A stretch of 64,000 nt of DNA, from sequence record SRR31156797_1235. The stretch is one strand, 5' to 3'. Shown piece after piece: positions 24,911 to 35,453 of the stretch (positions within the stretch are counted from its first letter, which is position 1; every line of letters starts with the position of its first letter). The notes under the pieces were generated by a model. That model was not told the origin of the DNA. It made no database searches and saw only the letters and a program-made list of their open reading frames with translations. The translations under genes and the position numbers were made by a program.

Positions 24911-25903
24911 ATGAAAGCAACAATGAAAGATGTCGCAAAATTAGCAGGTGTCGGAGTAGGAACTGTTTCCCGGGTATTGAATAACGGTTCTGTTAAAGCT
25001 TCTACTAGAGAAAAAGTTGAAGCAGCAATGACAGAGTTAAACTATCAACCAGATTTTTATGCCCGGGGGTTAAAGATGAAGCATACGAACACGGTTGCTT
25101 TGATTCTACCCACGGTATGGCATCCATTTTTTGGCGAATTTGCCTACCATGTAGAAACAGCATTAGAAAGACAAAACTACAAGCTTTATTTGTGTAACTC
25201 CAGTGGTAATAGTGAAAAAGAACAAGAATATATCCAGATGGTCAGCCAAAATAAAGTAGACGGCATCATTGGAATTACTTATTCAGATATCGATGAATAC
25301 ATTTCGAGTAATCTGCCTTTTGTTAGTATTGACCGTTATTTCACTGAAGAGGTGATTTATGTGACCGCTGACAATGCGACCGGTGGACGTTTGGCTGCAA
25401 ATGAACTTTATCGCCGAGGATGTCAGAATGTAGCATATATCGGTGGGTACCAAGAAACACCGAATGAAACGAAGAGTCGTCGAAAATATTTTGAGATCGA
25501 GTGCCGTCAACTGGGGATTTCCTATAAAGCGTTAGATATGTTAGAACCTTTAGACCATCTCTCAGAACGTGTAACAAATTTTTTGTTAGAGAATCCCGAT
25601 ATCGATGGGATTTTTACGATCAATGATCCAATGGCATTAGCTGTCATTGATATGCTTGAAAAAATAGGGAAAAACGTACCAGAGGATGTCCAAGTTATCG
25701 GATTTGATGGTCAAAAGATGACAGAAGGAGATCCTTATCTAGTCTCAACGATTGCCCAACCTACAAAGCAAATGGCGGAAGTGGCAGTGGCAAAATTAAT
25801 TGCTGTCATTAATGGAGAGACAGTAGAAAAACGTACCGTATTGCCGATTGAATTTGGCGAAGGTGGCACAACGAAACCTTTAGTGAGAAACGATTTTGCT
25901 TAG
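24911..25903 (+). CDS. LacI-family transcriptional repressor
   Basis: MKATMKDVAKLAGVGVGTVSRVLN; VPEDVQVIGFDG. Confidence 0.95.
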   Translation: MKATMKDVAKLAGVGVGTVSRVLNNGSVKASTREKVEAAMTELNYQPDFYARGLKMKHTNTVALILPTVWHPFFGEFAYHVETALERQNYKLYLCNSSGNSEKEQEYIQMVSQNKVDGIIGITYSDIDEYISSNLPFVSIDRYFTEEVIYVTADNATGGRLAANELYRRGCQNVAYIGGYQETPNETKSRRKYFEIECRQLGISYKALDMLEPLDHLSERVTNFLLENPDIDGIFTINDPMALAVIDMLEKIGKNVPEDVQVIGFDGQKMTEGDPYLVSTIAQPTKQMAEVAVAKLIAVINGETVEKRTVLPIEFGEGGTTKPLVRNDFA

Positions 25904-25954
25904 TGCAAATACGTTTCTTTTTTTGAAAATGAGTGAATGAAAGGTGTAGATAAA

Positions 25955-26824
25955 ATGTTATATGGCGGGATAGAAGCTGGTGGAACAAAGTTTGTCTGTG
26001 GGATTGGTAATGAACAATTACAAGTGATAGAACGGAAAAGTTTTCCTACCACAACACCAGAAGAAACGATGAAGCAAGTGTTTGATTTCTTTGATAAGTA
26101 CAAAGGGAATATCGCATCAATTGGTGTAGGAGCATTTGGGCCTATTGATATTCAAATCGAATCAAGAACTTACGGATATATCACCAACACTCCGAAGTTA
26201 GCTTGGCAAAATTATCATTTTGTAGGAGCTTTGGAAAACGCCTTGTCGGTTCCCATCTATTGGACTACCGATGTAAATGCTGCTTGTTATGGAGAATATA
26301 TGGCAGGGTATGGAAAAGGTAAAAATAGTGTTCTTTATTACACCGTTGGTACTGGTGTTGGTGGTGGTGCTGTAGTCGATGGAAAAATAGTCACAGGTTT
26401 CAGTCATCCTGAAATGGGACATATGTTCTTACAACGTCATAATGAAGATCAATTTGAAGGAATCTGTCCTTTTCATCATGATTGTTTGGAAGGGTTAGCC
26501 TCAGGCCCCGCGATTGAAAAACGCTTTGGAAGAAAAGCCCAGACCATTTCATTTGATCATCCTTATTGGGCGATTGAGGCAGATTATCTTGCTCAGTGTG
26601 TGTATAACACAACTTTACTATATGCACCGGAAGTAATAATTTTAGGTGGGGGTGTAATGAAACAGCCGCAACTACTCGAGTTGATTCGCCAAGCGTTTAA
26701 AGAAAAAATGGGTTCCTATGTGGATACCCCTGCTCTTGAAGAATACTTACTAACTCCAATGCTTGCTGACGATGCAGGGTTGATCGGCTGCTTAGCTTTA
26801 GCAATAAAGAAGTTGGAACAATAG
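25955..26824 (+). CDS. scrK: Fructokinase (ROK family)
   Basis: GGIEAGGTKFVC, TDVNAA, HPEMGH, CPFHHDCLEGLASG. Confidence 0.9.
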   Translation: MLYGGIEAGGTKFVCGIGNEQLQVIERKSFPTTTPEETMKQVFDFFDKYKGNIASIGVGAFGPIDIQIESRTYGYITNTPKLAWQNYHFVGALENALSVPIYWTTDVNAACYGEYMAGYGKGKNSVLYYTVGTGVGGGAVVDGKIVTGFSHPEMGHMFLQRHNEDQFEGICPFHHDCLEGLASGPAIEKRFGRKAQTISFDHPYWAIEADYLAQCVYNTTLLYAPEVIILGGGVMKQPQLLELIRQAFKEKMGSYVDTPALEEYLLTPMLADDAGLIGCLALAIKKLEQ

Positions 26825-27096
26825 CAGCATGTTAAAGAACGTGTGAGAGAGTTTTTATAGCAGTTAGGATAGATAAAAAGGCTAACTAAAATGTGAGCTA
26901 GAAAAAAGGATGGCTAATAATAGATGTTCATATATATTTTTTGCGTAATCGAATGTCGCAAATAAGAATTTTTTCTTTCGTTCTCGTCTTCAGTTATATT
27001 GTTGTCTAGCTGCCTCAAAATTACTTCTTAGTGCTTGGTTTTTGTTTTATCACAGATATTCATTATAGAAAGACACGATGTGAAAATCTATTATTC

Positions 27097-27181
27097 TCGG
27101 TAGTTTATTGCTTCTAGTTGGGATGATTGCGTAGAAACTTAACGTCAGTTAAAGTGCGTCACGAATAGTAGTAACGAGAAC
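27097..27181 (+). repeat. Right copy of degenerate direct repeat flanking the FOS island
   Basis: agtttattgcttctagttgggatgattgc..aaacttaacgtcagttaaagt..atagtagtaacgagaac. Confidence 0.75.
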
Positions 27182-27206
27182 TAATGAGACATTAGAATGT
27201 TATAAG

Positions 27207-27239
27207 AAACCCGTCAGGAGAGTCTACCTGACGGTTTTT
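27207..27239. terminator. Intrinsic terminator
   Basis: aaacccgtcaggagagtctacctgacggttttt. Confidence 0.7.
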
Positions 27240-27265
27240 ATAATTATTAGAAGGCTTGCTATTCC

Positions 27266-27805
27266 TCACAGCTCCGCAATTTTCCTTACGGTATTGATAG
27301 TCCGAATCGTAATCTGTTTACCGACGCTGGTGCTGGCTGTTTTTTTCCACCAATTGGTTTTTTGATAGTCTTTGCGGATGTAGGACCAGAAAACGACGTC
27401 TTTGTAAGGAGAAACCTGTTCAAGGGCGGCATTCGGAGCCCCGAGTTTTTCAGATAACTCCTCGTAGGTCAGCGAAGGCATCAAAAAGATCAGGTTATCA
27501 TAGATGGTTTTATCTTCCGTTCCTGACCATTCAGGTATATGGGTCAAGCGTTCCTGCAGCTCTGTTTGGCGAATGATATAAATAGCGATATCAAAGGAAA
27601 AGTACCGTTTGATCATTGCTTTAATCATTTCGGCAAGGGCTTGTGGATCATACCCTTCGCTAGAAAAAATCACATTGCCGCTATTCAAATAAGTGACCAC
27701 ATTGCTAAACCCCAGTTCTTCAAAACCGGCTTTCAATTCTTTCATAGAAATTTTGTTCTTTCCACCGACATTGATGCCTCTTAATAAAGCGATGTATCGT
27801 TGCAT
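27266..27805 (-). CDS. DUF1697-family protein
   Basis: YIALLRGINVGGKNKISM...VVTYLNSGNVIF...TIRTINT. Confidence 0.9.
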   Translation of the reverse strand: MQRYIALLRGINVGGKNKISMKELKAGFEELGFSNVVTYLNSGNVIFSSEGYDPQALAEMIKAMIKRYFSFDIAIYIIRQTELQERLTHIPEWSGTEDKTIYDNLIFLMPSLTYEELSEKLGAPNAALEQVSPYKDVVFWSYIRKDYQKTNWWKKTASTSVGKQITIRTINTVRKIAEL

Positions 27806-28079
27806 GGCTAGACCCTCCTTTAAAACGCTTCTTTTAGCTGATTATAGAATGGATGGAGAAGAAGCACAATCCTGGCTTCTCAGCTACCCAAAATACGTGA
27901 GCGAGAAGCGATTAATGCAAGCTTATTGGTGGAGTGGCCGTGGCGTACGTATTTTTGCACTGCTGATTAGTAAAAACGAAGAAACAGCCTATAGATGATA
28001 ATACCCCTCACAAATGTGCTAAAGCAAGCGAATTTGTGAGGGGCACTTTAAGTTGTTTTCTCTATTTCTGGTTTCATTG

Positions 28080-29471
28080 TTAATCCACCGCAATCCTCAC
28101 AGACACTGTCTGTAAGGGGACATCATAAAAGGGATCTTCTCGTCGGCCTAAAAAGTCTTGGGCTTGCTGAGGGAAGAGGGCGTACATCAGCACGTCTTCT
28201 TCGCTTTTGGCATACTCAGCGATTTCTTCCCGAAAGGCTGGCAGTTGCGGTGCCAGTAGATCAGCTGGTCTGACGGTGATCACTTCGGCATCTCCGATGA
28301 TTGTTTCTTTGATTTCTTCGCTGATAGGTGCTGGCGATTGTCCATAAAGTCCTTTGACGTAATCTTTGATCTCACTTGGGACAAGTTTGTAGCGTTCTCC
28401 TGAAATCACATTCATCAAGGCTTGAGTGCCGACCATTTGCGACAATGGGGTCACTAGCGGAGGATAGCCCAAGTCCGCCCTGACTTTTGGTACCTCTGCT
28501 AGGACTTCTTCATACTTGTCTTGCAATCCTTGTTCCGTCAATTGGCTGAGTAGGTTCGACAACATGCCGCCAGGTACTTGATAGATCAAGGTTTTGGGTT
28601 CGATGTCTTTGACTTTTGGATTCAGCAGCCCTTCTTCACGGAAACGATCACGAACGGGATTGAAATGTTCTGCAATCTCAGAGACTTTCTGTAAATCAAG
28701 TCCCGTAGCAAAGCCGCAATCTTCTAAGGCGATCGCCACAGATTCGGTCGCTGGCTGACTGGTGCCGCCAGCAAAAGAGGAGATGGCAGTATCAATGAGG
28801 TCTGCGCCAGCTTCCGCAACTTTCAAGTAAGTCATTTCAGCGATGCCGCTGGTGGCATGGGTATGGACTTCCAGCGGCAGATCGACGGCATCTTTGATTC
28901 GGCTGACCAGCTCGTAGCCGGTTTGCGGCGTTAAAACGCCTGCCATATCTTTGATACAGATGGAATCTGCGCCGAGGTCTGCCATTTTATTGGCAAGGTC
29001 GACGAAGTAATCCACGGTATGGATCTGGCTAGTAGTATAAGAGATCGCCGTTTGACAGTGTCCACCCGCTACTTTTGTGGCACGGATGGCAGTTTCTAAA
29101 TTGCGGACATCATTTAAAGCATCAAACAAACGAAGAATGTCGATGCCGTTTTCGACCGATTTGGTCACAAAGTCAGCAACGACGTCATCGGCATAGTTTT
29201 TGTAGCCTAAGAGATTTTGTCCCCGTAAGAGCATTTGCAGTTTGGTATTTTTCACTTCTTTGCGGATCGCCCGCAATCTTTCCCATGGGTCTTCATTTAA
29301 AAAACGCAGACAGGCATCGAAGGTCGCGCCGCCCCACATTTCCAAGGCATGGTAGCCTGCTTGGTCCATGGTTTTTAGAATCGGCAGCATATCGCTGGTA
29401 GGCATTCGTGTAGCGATCAGACTTTGTTGGCCATCCCGCAAGACGGTTTCGGTAAATTGGATTTTTTTCAT
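28080..29471 (-). CDS. oadA: Oxaloacetate decarboxylase alpha subunit
   Basis: LRDGQQSLIATRM, WGGATFD, IKDMAG, HTHATSG, QVPGGM. Confidence 0.95.
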   Translation of the reverse strand: MKKIQFTETVLRDGQQSLIATRMPTSDMLPILKTMDQAGYHALEMWGGATFDACLRFLNEDPWERLRAIRKEVKNTKLQMLLRGQNLLGYKNYADDVVADFVTKSVENGIDILRLFDALNDVRNLETAIRATKVAGGHCQTAISYTTSQIHTVDYFVDLANKMADLGADSICIKDMAGVLTPQTGYELVSRIKDAVDLPLEVHTHATSGIAEMTYLKVAEAGADLIDTAISSFAGGTSQPATESVAIALEDCGFATGLDLQKVSEIAEHFNPVRDRFREEGLLNPKVKDIEPKTLIYQVPGGMLSNLLSQLTEQGLQDKYEEVLAEVPKVRADLGYPPLVTPLSQMVGTQALMNVISGERYKLVPSEIKDYVKGLYGQSPAPISEEIKETIIGDAEVITVRPADLLAPQLPAFREEIAEYAKSEEDVLMYALFPQQAQDFLGRREDPFYDVPLQTVSVRIAVD

Positions 29472-30010
29472 TCTTTCACTCTTTCCTGAATGATTTTACG
29501 GATCTGCTGCTGCATGTCTGCTACGCTATGAGTTCTAGAACGGCCACAAACTTTGGCGTCTTGCTCACAGACGTAGCAGCTTCTTGCAGGCAGTCCAATT
29601 TCGGTGCGGCTGATAGGTAAAAGCTGGTCTTGGGTTTTGGTTAAGACATCAAGATCCACCAACCGGCCGTAAGGATGATTGGTCTCAATCTGAACCATCA
29701 TTCGTTTTAGTTCATAAGGATCTGTGGGCAGTACGAGATAATATTCTGGTCCGGTCTCCAAACTGCGGTAGAGGTTTGCCAGTGGAATTAGTTCCTTGAC
29801 GACCTCTTCGATTTCCGTAATGAGTTCTTCAAAAACGGCGGTCAATGGGGCAGAATTTTTCACGGGACCAGGAATATTCATGGTGGCAACAAGTAATGCC
29901 GCTTTTTCATCTGCAGCGAGAAGCTCCCGTTGAAGGGAGCTTCTATTTTCTCGCGCCTGCAGCATATCGGTTAGCGTCACAGGGGTTCCTGAAAATAGGG
30001 CATCAGACAT
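29468..30010 (-). CDS. citX: Apo-citrate lyase phosphoribosyl-dephospho-CoA transferase
   Basis: MNIPGPVK, GRLVDLDV, RSCYVC..CGRSRTHS; position after citF. Confidence 0.92.
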   Translation of the reverse strand: MSDALFSGTPVTLTDMLQARENRSSLQRELLAADEKAALLVATMNIPGPVKNSAPLTAVFEELITEIEEVVKELIPLANLYRSLETGPEYYLVLPTDPYELKRMMVQIETNHPYGRLVDLDVLTKTQDQLLPISRTEIGLPARSCYVCEQDAKVCGRSRTHSVADMQQQIRKIIQERVKE

Positions 30011-31535
30011 TTTTGACCACATCAATGATCGTGCCATCGCGGTATTCGATCAAAGCGACGGTTTTTTCCCCGTACTTGATTGGTTCGGGTTGACCGACAA
30101 TGCTGTAGGCTTTTTCTTTTAATTCTTCAATGGTGTATTGGGGAATATCCAATGCTTCAAAATGGCTGATCAGGTCTTTGCGAGCTGGATTGATGGCGAT
30201 CCCGATTTCTGTGACGACGACATCAATGCTGGCGCCTGGCGTGACGATCGTGTTGACGGTATCGACGATCGTTGGGATCCGTCCCCGCACGAGAGGAGCG
30301 ATCACTAAGCTCATTTTGCACGCCATACTGGTATCTGAGTGTCCGCCAGAAGCACCGCGGATCACACCGTCAGAACCGGTGATGACATTGATGTTGAAAT
30401 TCGTATCAACTTCCAGTGCGGAAAGAATGGCGGTATCCAATTGATTGATAAACGCCCCTTTGCTTAACGGTGAGGCATACATATTGGCATCGATCTCGTA
30501 ATGATTGGCGTTTTTCCCTAGTGATTGTGCGGAAGGATGATCGAAGTCTTGGACATCGATCAGTTTTTCTACTAATCCTTCTTCTAACAGTTCCACCATG
30601 GCATTGGTGATGCCGCCAAGGGCAAAGCTGGCTTTGATCTCATCTTGGATCATTGCTTCGCGTAAAAAACGAGAAACGGCTAATGCGGCACCGCCCGTTC
30701 CAGTTTGGAAGGAGAAGCCATGTTGGTAGTAAGGCGAGCTGGTGATGACCTTGGCTGCATACTCAGCAATCAGCAATTCTTTTGGATTTTTGGTAAAGCG
30801 GGTCGCACCTTTTGCGATCCCTGCAGGATCACCGATGGCGTCGACTTCCACGACATAATCGACATCCGTTTGGGGAATGCTGATTGGGGTATTTGGAAAC
30901 GGCACAAGGGTGTCGGTGATGATCACGACTTGGTCGGCGTATTTTGCATCGACCATTGCATAGCCCAATGAGCCGCAGGTTGCTTTTCCGACGGTACCAT
31001 TGGCATTGCCATACGCATCTGAGCTAGGCGCTCCTAAGAAAGCGACATCGATGTGGATATCGCCGGCGGCAATCGCACGAGCCCGACCGCCATGAGAACG
31101 GATAATGACTGGGGCATCCATAATGCCTTCGGAGATTGCGGCACCGACTTTGTCCCGCAGACCGCTGGAGGTGATATTGGTCACGACCCCAGATTTGATA
31201 TGTCCGATCAATGGTTCATGGACATTGGCGATGGAACTAGGGGCAATCGCAAGATTCTTGATGCCCATTTTTGCGATCTCGTCCAAAACGAGATTCATGA
31301 TAAAGTCCCCTTCGCGAAAATGATGGTGGAAGGAGATCGTCATGCCGTCCGTTAGCCCTGTTTTTTCAATGGCTTCACGGATACTGCCTAAGACCTTACT
31401 TTTGCCTGGCAGGACTGGCTTGATCTTGCGACTCGCTTCTTTGTAGGCATGGATATTGGCCGTTTCATTTTCAAAGACCCCGTATTGGTTGGCATAGCAT
31501 TCAGGGATGTCTTTTCCTGCTTTGTTTAACACCAT
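30003..31535 (-). CDS. citF: Citrate lyase alpha subunit
   Basis: GMTISFHHHFREGD, SHGGRARAI, GASGGHSDT. Confidence 0.96.
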   Translation of the reverse strand: MVLNKAGKDIPECYANQYGVFENETANIHAYKEASRKIKPVLPGKSKVLGSIREAIEKTGLTDGMTISFHHHFREGDFIMNLVLDEIAKMGIKNLAIAPSSIANVHEPLIGHIKSGVVTNITSSGLRDKVGAAISEGIMDAPVIIRSHGGRARAIAAGDIHIDVAFLGAPSSDAYGNANGTVGKATCGSLGYAMVDAKYADQVVIITDTLVPFPNTPISIPQTDVDYVVEVDAIGDPAGIAKGATRFTKNPKELLIAEYAAKVITSSPYYQHGFSFQTGTGGAALAVSRFLREAMIQDEIKASFALGGITNAMVELLEEGLVEKLIDVQDFDHPSAQSLGKNANHYEIDANMYASPLSKGAFINQLDTAILSALEVDTNFNINVITGSDGVIRGASGGHSDTSMACKMSLVIAPLVRGRIPTIVDTVNTIVTPGASIDVVVTEIGIAINPARKDLISHFEALDIPQYTIEELKEKAYSIVGQPEPIKYGEKTVALIEYRDGTIIDVVKNV

Positions 31536-31537
31536 AA

Positions 31538-32425
31538 TTACACTTCCTCCTCGGTAATCAATTTCGCTGCTTTGGCAAGGGCGATCACGCGTTCCGCTCG
31601 CTCAACGATTGGTTTATCGACCATTTTGCCATTCAAGGAGATCACACCAGAGCCTTTGCTTTCGGCTTCGCGAATGGCCCAGATCACTTCTTTGGCCTGT
31701 TGGATCTCGGCTTTTGAAGGCGCATAGATCCCATTGACTAGGGGAATCTGCCGTGGATTGATCACTGATTTTCCGTCAAAACCAAGCTGCTTGATGCGAG
31801 TCGTTTCAGCGATAAAGCCATCTGTGTCATTGATATCAGAAAAGACGGTATCGATGGCGGCGATCCCTGCAGCTCTAGCTGCATGCAAGATCATACTGCG
31901 GGCAAACAACAATTCTTGCCCATCTGGGTAGCGACGAGTCTTCATATTGGTGACATAATCTTCTGCCCCTAAAGCGATCCCGATCAAACGATCGGAAGCT
32001 GTAGCGATGTCTCGGGCATTTAAAACGCCTTCGGCAGACTCGATGGCAGCCATCATTTTGGTGGTTCCTACAGGCAGATCATTTTCTTCTTCTACTTGTG
32101 TGATCACAGCGGCAACGTCAATGATGTCTTGGGCGGTTTCGGTTTTCGGTAGACGAATGACGTTGACCCCCGCTAGGACCATCGCTTCGATATCAAGGGC
32201 ACCCACCGTGTCGAGGCCGTTGATGCGTACGACGGTTTCGATGGCAGAATAGTCAAAGGTTTTTAAGGCAAAATGCACCAGTGTCCGAGCGGAGTCTTTT
32301 TCATTCAAGGAGACCGCATCTTCTAAATCAAACATAACGGAATCGGCGCCATACAATGGTGCATCCCGTAGCATGGCAGCATTGGCTCCTGGTACAAACA
32401 TCATCGTTCTTCTTAAACGTTCCAT
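31538..32425 (-). CDS. citE: Citrate lyase beta subunit
   Basis: [33 protein letters not shown]. Confidence 0.96.
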   Translation of the reverse strand: MERLRRTMMFVPGANAAMLRDAPLYGADSVMFDLEDAVSLNEKDSARTLVHFALKTFDYSAIETVVRINGLDTVGALDIEAMVLAGVNVIRLPKTETAQDIIDVAAVITQVEEENDLPVGTTKMMAAIESAEGVLNARDIATASDRLIGIALGAEDYVTNMKTRRYPDGQELLFARSMILHAARAAGIAAIDTVFSDINDTDGFIAETTRIKQLGFDGKSVINPRQIPLVNGIYAPSKAEIQQAKEVIWAIREAESKGSGVISLNGKMVDKPIVERAERVIALAKAAKLITEEEV

Positions 32426-32721
32426 GTGTCGATCTCCTTCCAAGCATACTGTTCTTGTTCGGCGGCCCGATGAACGGCGGTCAGAGTTCGGGCTTTGATG
32501 GTACAGTCCAATGCGCCTTTATCGGTGGCAGTGATTTTGGCCTGTGTCACGCCTAGATGGTTCAGCGTCTCAAGGATGACGGCGCGAATTTGTTTGCCGA
32601 ATTGTTTTTCGACACTGCTATCGAGGGTCAGCTCGATGGTTTGGGTTGTGGTAGGCTCGATCGCGATCAAGATATCACTGGATTCAACAGAGCCAGCAAC
32701 CGCACTTTTTTTGATTTCCAC
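32413..32721 (-). CDS. citD: Citrate lyase acyl carrier protein
   Basis: [29 protein letters not shown]. Confidence 0.95.
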   Translation of the reverse strand: MEIKKSAVAGSVESSDILIAIEPTTTQTIELTLDSSVEKQFGKQIRAVILETLNHLGVTQAKITATDKGALDCTIKARTLTAVHRAAEQEQYAWKEIDTWNV

Positions 32722-32733
32722 TTATTATCACCT

Positions 32734-33729
32734 CTAAATATAGTTATGCTGCATTAAAAATGAGAACGTTGTTTCTGGTAAAAATTGCTGCAAGGAAAGT
32801 AAATCTTTTTCTGCAATCGCTTTCCGAACGTTTGTAGCCGAAACGGTTGATTGGTTGATCTTCAGACGGTCGATCACGATCAGTTCAAGCTCGGGTGAAA
32901 AAACGGCAGCCATTGCCTCGTTGTAGAGTTGGGTCACGGGCGAGTAAGGCTCTGAGCCTACAAAACGCGTAGTGATCGCCAACAGCGGGGCAATTTTTTC
33001 TTTGAAGAGGGTTGCATCAAAGGCGGCTTGTTTTTTGGCGATCGCCTCAGGTGCTTGCTCTTTCAAGAAATAACTGGGAAAGACCGCCGAAGAGACGAGA
33101 TAGTTGTTGGTCGGCAGCACCGTTACATTTGGCAGATGAGCCACACCATCCGTCACCATCTGCAGCCGTTCGCTGGTAGAAAATTGCGAGCGGTCTTCTG
33201 ATAAAACGAACACATAAACCTGTTCTTTTTGACTCGCAGCCGTTTCGACTAAGTACAAATGTCCTTTAGTAAAAGGATTAGCGTTCATGACGATCGCGCC
33301 GTTGTTTTGTCCAATTCGCTGCCGTTGCAGCTGTTGGGCATAGCTTTCAAAAGAAGGAACGCCTTGTTCCATGAACAAGATGTCTTGTGCTGCCAGCACT
33401 TCACGAAACCCGAGGGATTCAAAAAACAGGCGGTTTTTCGGTGCTGTATAGACGAAGGACTTGGTGAAGCCTTCGTCTTTGATATGATCGCTAAGGTGTG
33501 AAATCAATTGCGTCAACAGCTGTTCGGAGCGTCTTTTTTCACAGACCACTACATACTTGATGATATTGGCATAACAAGAAGCAGTAGCAATCAAGGTTTG
33601 CTGGTCAAAAATGCCGACGGTATAGGCTACCTCTTCACCGACGGCTAAGCCAGCACGGGTGATCAATTTTTGCCATTGCAAAAAGACTTCTGGATCTTTT
33701 TGCAGCCAGATTCTTTTTAGGATATACAT
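32734..33729 (-). CDS. citC: Citrate lyase ligase
   Basis: IVMNANPFTKGHLYL, RFVGSEP, VSATNVRK. Confidence 0.95.
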   Translation of the reverse strand: MYILKRIWLQKDPEVFLQWQKLITRAGLAVGEEVAYTVGIFDQQTLIATASCYANIIKYVVVCEKRRSEQLLTQLISHLSDHIKDEGFTKSFVYTAPKNRLFFESLGFREVLAAQDILFMEQGVPSFESYAQQLQRQRIGQNNGAIVMNANPFTKGHLYLVETAASQKEQVYVFVLSEDRSQFSTSERLQMVTDGVAHLPNVTVLPTNNYLVSSAVFPSYFLKEQAPEAIAKKQAAFDATLFKEKIAPLLAITTRFVGSEPYSPVTQLYNEAMAAVFSPELELIVIDRLKINQSTVSATNVRKAIAEKDLLSLQQFLPETTFSFLMQHNYI

Positions 33730-33741
33730 ACAATGCCTTCT

Positions 33742-33867
33742 TTATTTTTTTACTGGGAAGAGCTTCGACAAAAGCAAGGATGCGAAGTAGATGATCAGGA
33801 TCACGACAAAGACGCCGCCCCAACCGAATAACAACAATTCAAATGAAGTCAGTAAATCTTGACTCAT
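33742..33867 (-). CDS. OadG-like small membrane subunit, 41 aa (not in the ORF track)
   Basis: MSQDLLTSFELLLFGWGGVFVVILIIYFASLLLSKLFPVKK; AAAGGAG RBS; between oadB and citC. Confidence 0.8.
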   Translation of the reverse strand: MSQDLLTSFELLLFGWGGVFVVILIIYFASLLLSKLFPVKK

Positions 33868-33891
33868 AGTTTTCCTCTCCTTTCTAGTGAC

Positions 33892-35007
33892 CTAAGCAAT
33901 CAGTGCCAGCAGTAAGCCACCTGCGATGACCGAAGCAATCTGTCCTGAAACGTTGGCACCGGCTGCATGCATCAAAATAAAGTTTTGCGGATCTTCATCT
34001 GTCGCCATTTTTTGGATGACCCGACTAGACATTGGAAACGCAGAGATACCAGCGGCACCGATCATTGGATTGATTTTTTCTTTACGGAACAAGTTCAGCA
34101 CTTTCGCAAACAACACGCCGCCGACCGAGTCCATAATGAAGGCAACCAGCCCTAAACCAATAACCATCAATGTATCGACTTGTAAGAATTCTTCATATTG
34201 CATTTTCACAGAAATTGATAAACCTAGGAGGATACTAATGATATTCACTAGTTCGTTTTGAGCAGTGATGGACAAACGATCCAAGACACCACATTCCCGT
34301 AAGAGATTTCCAAACATCAAAAATCCAACCAGTGGCAATGAAACAGGTGCAATTAACCCTGCTACGATCGAGATCACGATCGGGAACAAAATTTTGGCCG
34401 TTTGCGAAACTTCGCCGGCACGATACGACATACGAATTTTTCGTTCATGCTTGGTCGTCACTGCTTTGATGGCAACCGGTTGAATGATCGGTACTAGCGC
34501 CATGTAAGAGTAAGCTGCTACCATGATCGCACCCATATATTTCGAGTTCAGCGTATTTGCGACAAAAATCGAAGTCGGACCGTCAGCAGCGCCGATGATC
34601 CCGATGGAAGCTGCGTCGTTTAAATCAAAACCAAGCAACACGGCAACGATGATCGTAAAGAAGATCCCGAATTGCGCAGCAGCGCCAAACAACAAAAGAA
34701 ATGGATTTTGCAGCAAGGGACCAAAGTCGATCATGGCGCCAATCCCGATAAACAAAAGCAAGGGGAACAATTCAGTTGAGATCCCCATATCAAACAATAC
34801 TTGGAACGGGCCAGCTTCTCCGCCAGCACTTAACACACCTGAGTTCGGGAAGTTCACTAACAACGTGCCCAATCCCATAGGGACTAACAAGGTTGGTTCA
34901 TATTCTTTCTTGATTCCCAAATACATCAATAGACCACCGATGAACATCATAACGATCCGTCCCGGCTCCGATCCCAATCCGACTACACCTTCAATTAACG
35001 TTTCCAC
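33892..35007 (-). CDS. oadB: Na+-translocating decarboxylase beta subunit
   Basis: YEPTLLVPMG, IGAADGPTSIF, AAYSYMALVPIIQP. Confidence 0.95.
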   Translation of the reverse strand: METLIEGVVGLGSEPGRIVMMFIGGLLMYLGIKKEYEPTLLVPMGLGTLLVNFPNSGVLSAGGEAGPFQVLFDMGISTELFPLLLFIGIGAMIDFGPLLQNPFLLLFGAAAQFGIFFTIIVAVLLGFDLNDAASIGIIGAADGPTSIFVANTLNSKYMGAIMVAAYSYMALVPIIQPVAIKAVTTKHERKIRMSYRAGEVSQTAKILFPIVISIVAGLIAPVSLPLVGFLMFGNLLRECGVLDRLSITAQNELVNIISILLGLSISVKMQYEEFLQVDTLMVIGLGLVAFIMDSVGGVLFAKVLNLFRKEKINPMIGAAGISAFPMSSRVIQKMATDEDPQNFILMHAAGANVSGQIASVIAGGLLLALIA

Positions 35008-35030
35008 TACGTCACTTCCTTTTCAATAAA

Positions 35031-35444
35031 TTAGCCGATCGTAATCAGCAGTTCTCCTGGGTTGACCATGTCGCCCGCATTGACTGCAATGGCAACCACG
35101 GTTCCTGCTTTTGGTGCCACGATCTCATTTTCCATCTTCATGGCTTCTAAAATCATCAACGACTGATTTTCTTGTACAGTATCACCTACATTGACCAAGA
35201 GACGTAAAATCGTTCCCGGCATCGGAGAATGAATCGGCTCGCCATCAGCAGGAAGCGTAGCTGGCGCTGGCTGTGGTGCTACTTCTGGTTCTGGTGTACT
35301 GACTGCCTCTGGTTGAGCAGGTACCGCTGCGGGAGCCGGTGTTGGCGCTGCGGGAGCAGGAGCGGTAGATTGCGGCGCACCGATTTCTTCCATTTCGACA
35401 AGGTATTCTTGCCCATCGATCGCTATTTTAAATTTACGTAACAT
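35031..35444 (-). CDS. oadD: Biotin carboxyl carrier subunit of the OAD complex
   Basis: Ala/Pro linker; LEAMKMENEI biotinylation motif. Confidence 0.9.
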   Translation of the reverse strand: MLRKFKIAIDGQEYLVEMEEIGAPQSTAPAPAAPTPAPAAVPAQPEAVSTPEPEVAPQPAPATLPADGEPIHSPMPGTILRLLVNVGDTVQENQSLMILEAMKMENEIVAPKAGTVVAIAVNAGDMVNPGELLITIG

Positions 35445-35453
35445 GTTTTTCCC

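Noticed and set aside
26930-27040. Possible IS30-like transposase relic at the FOS island edge
   Set aside because: Only vague similarity over a short, interrupted frame; no terminal repeats seen
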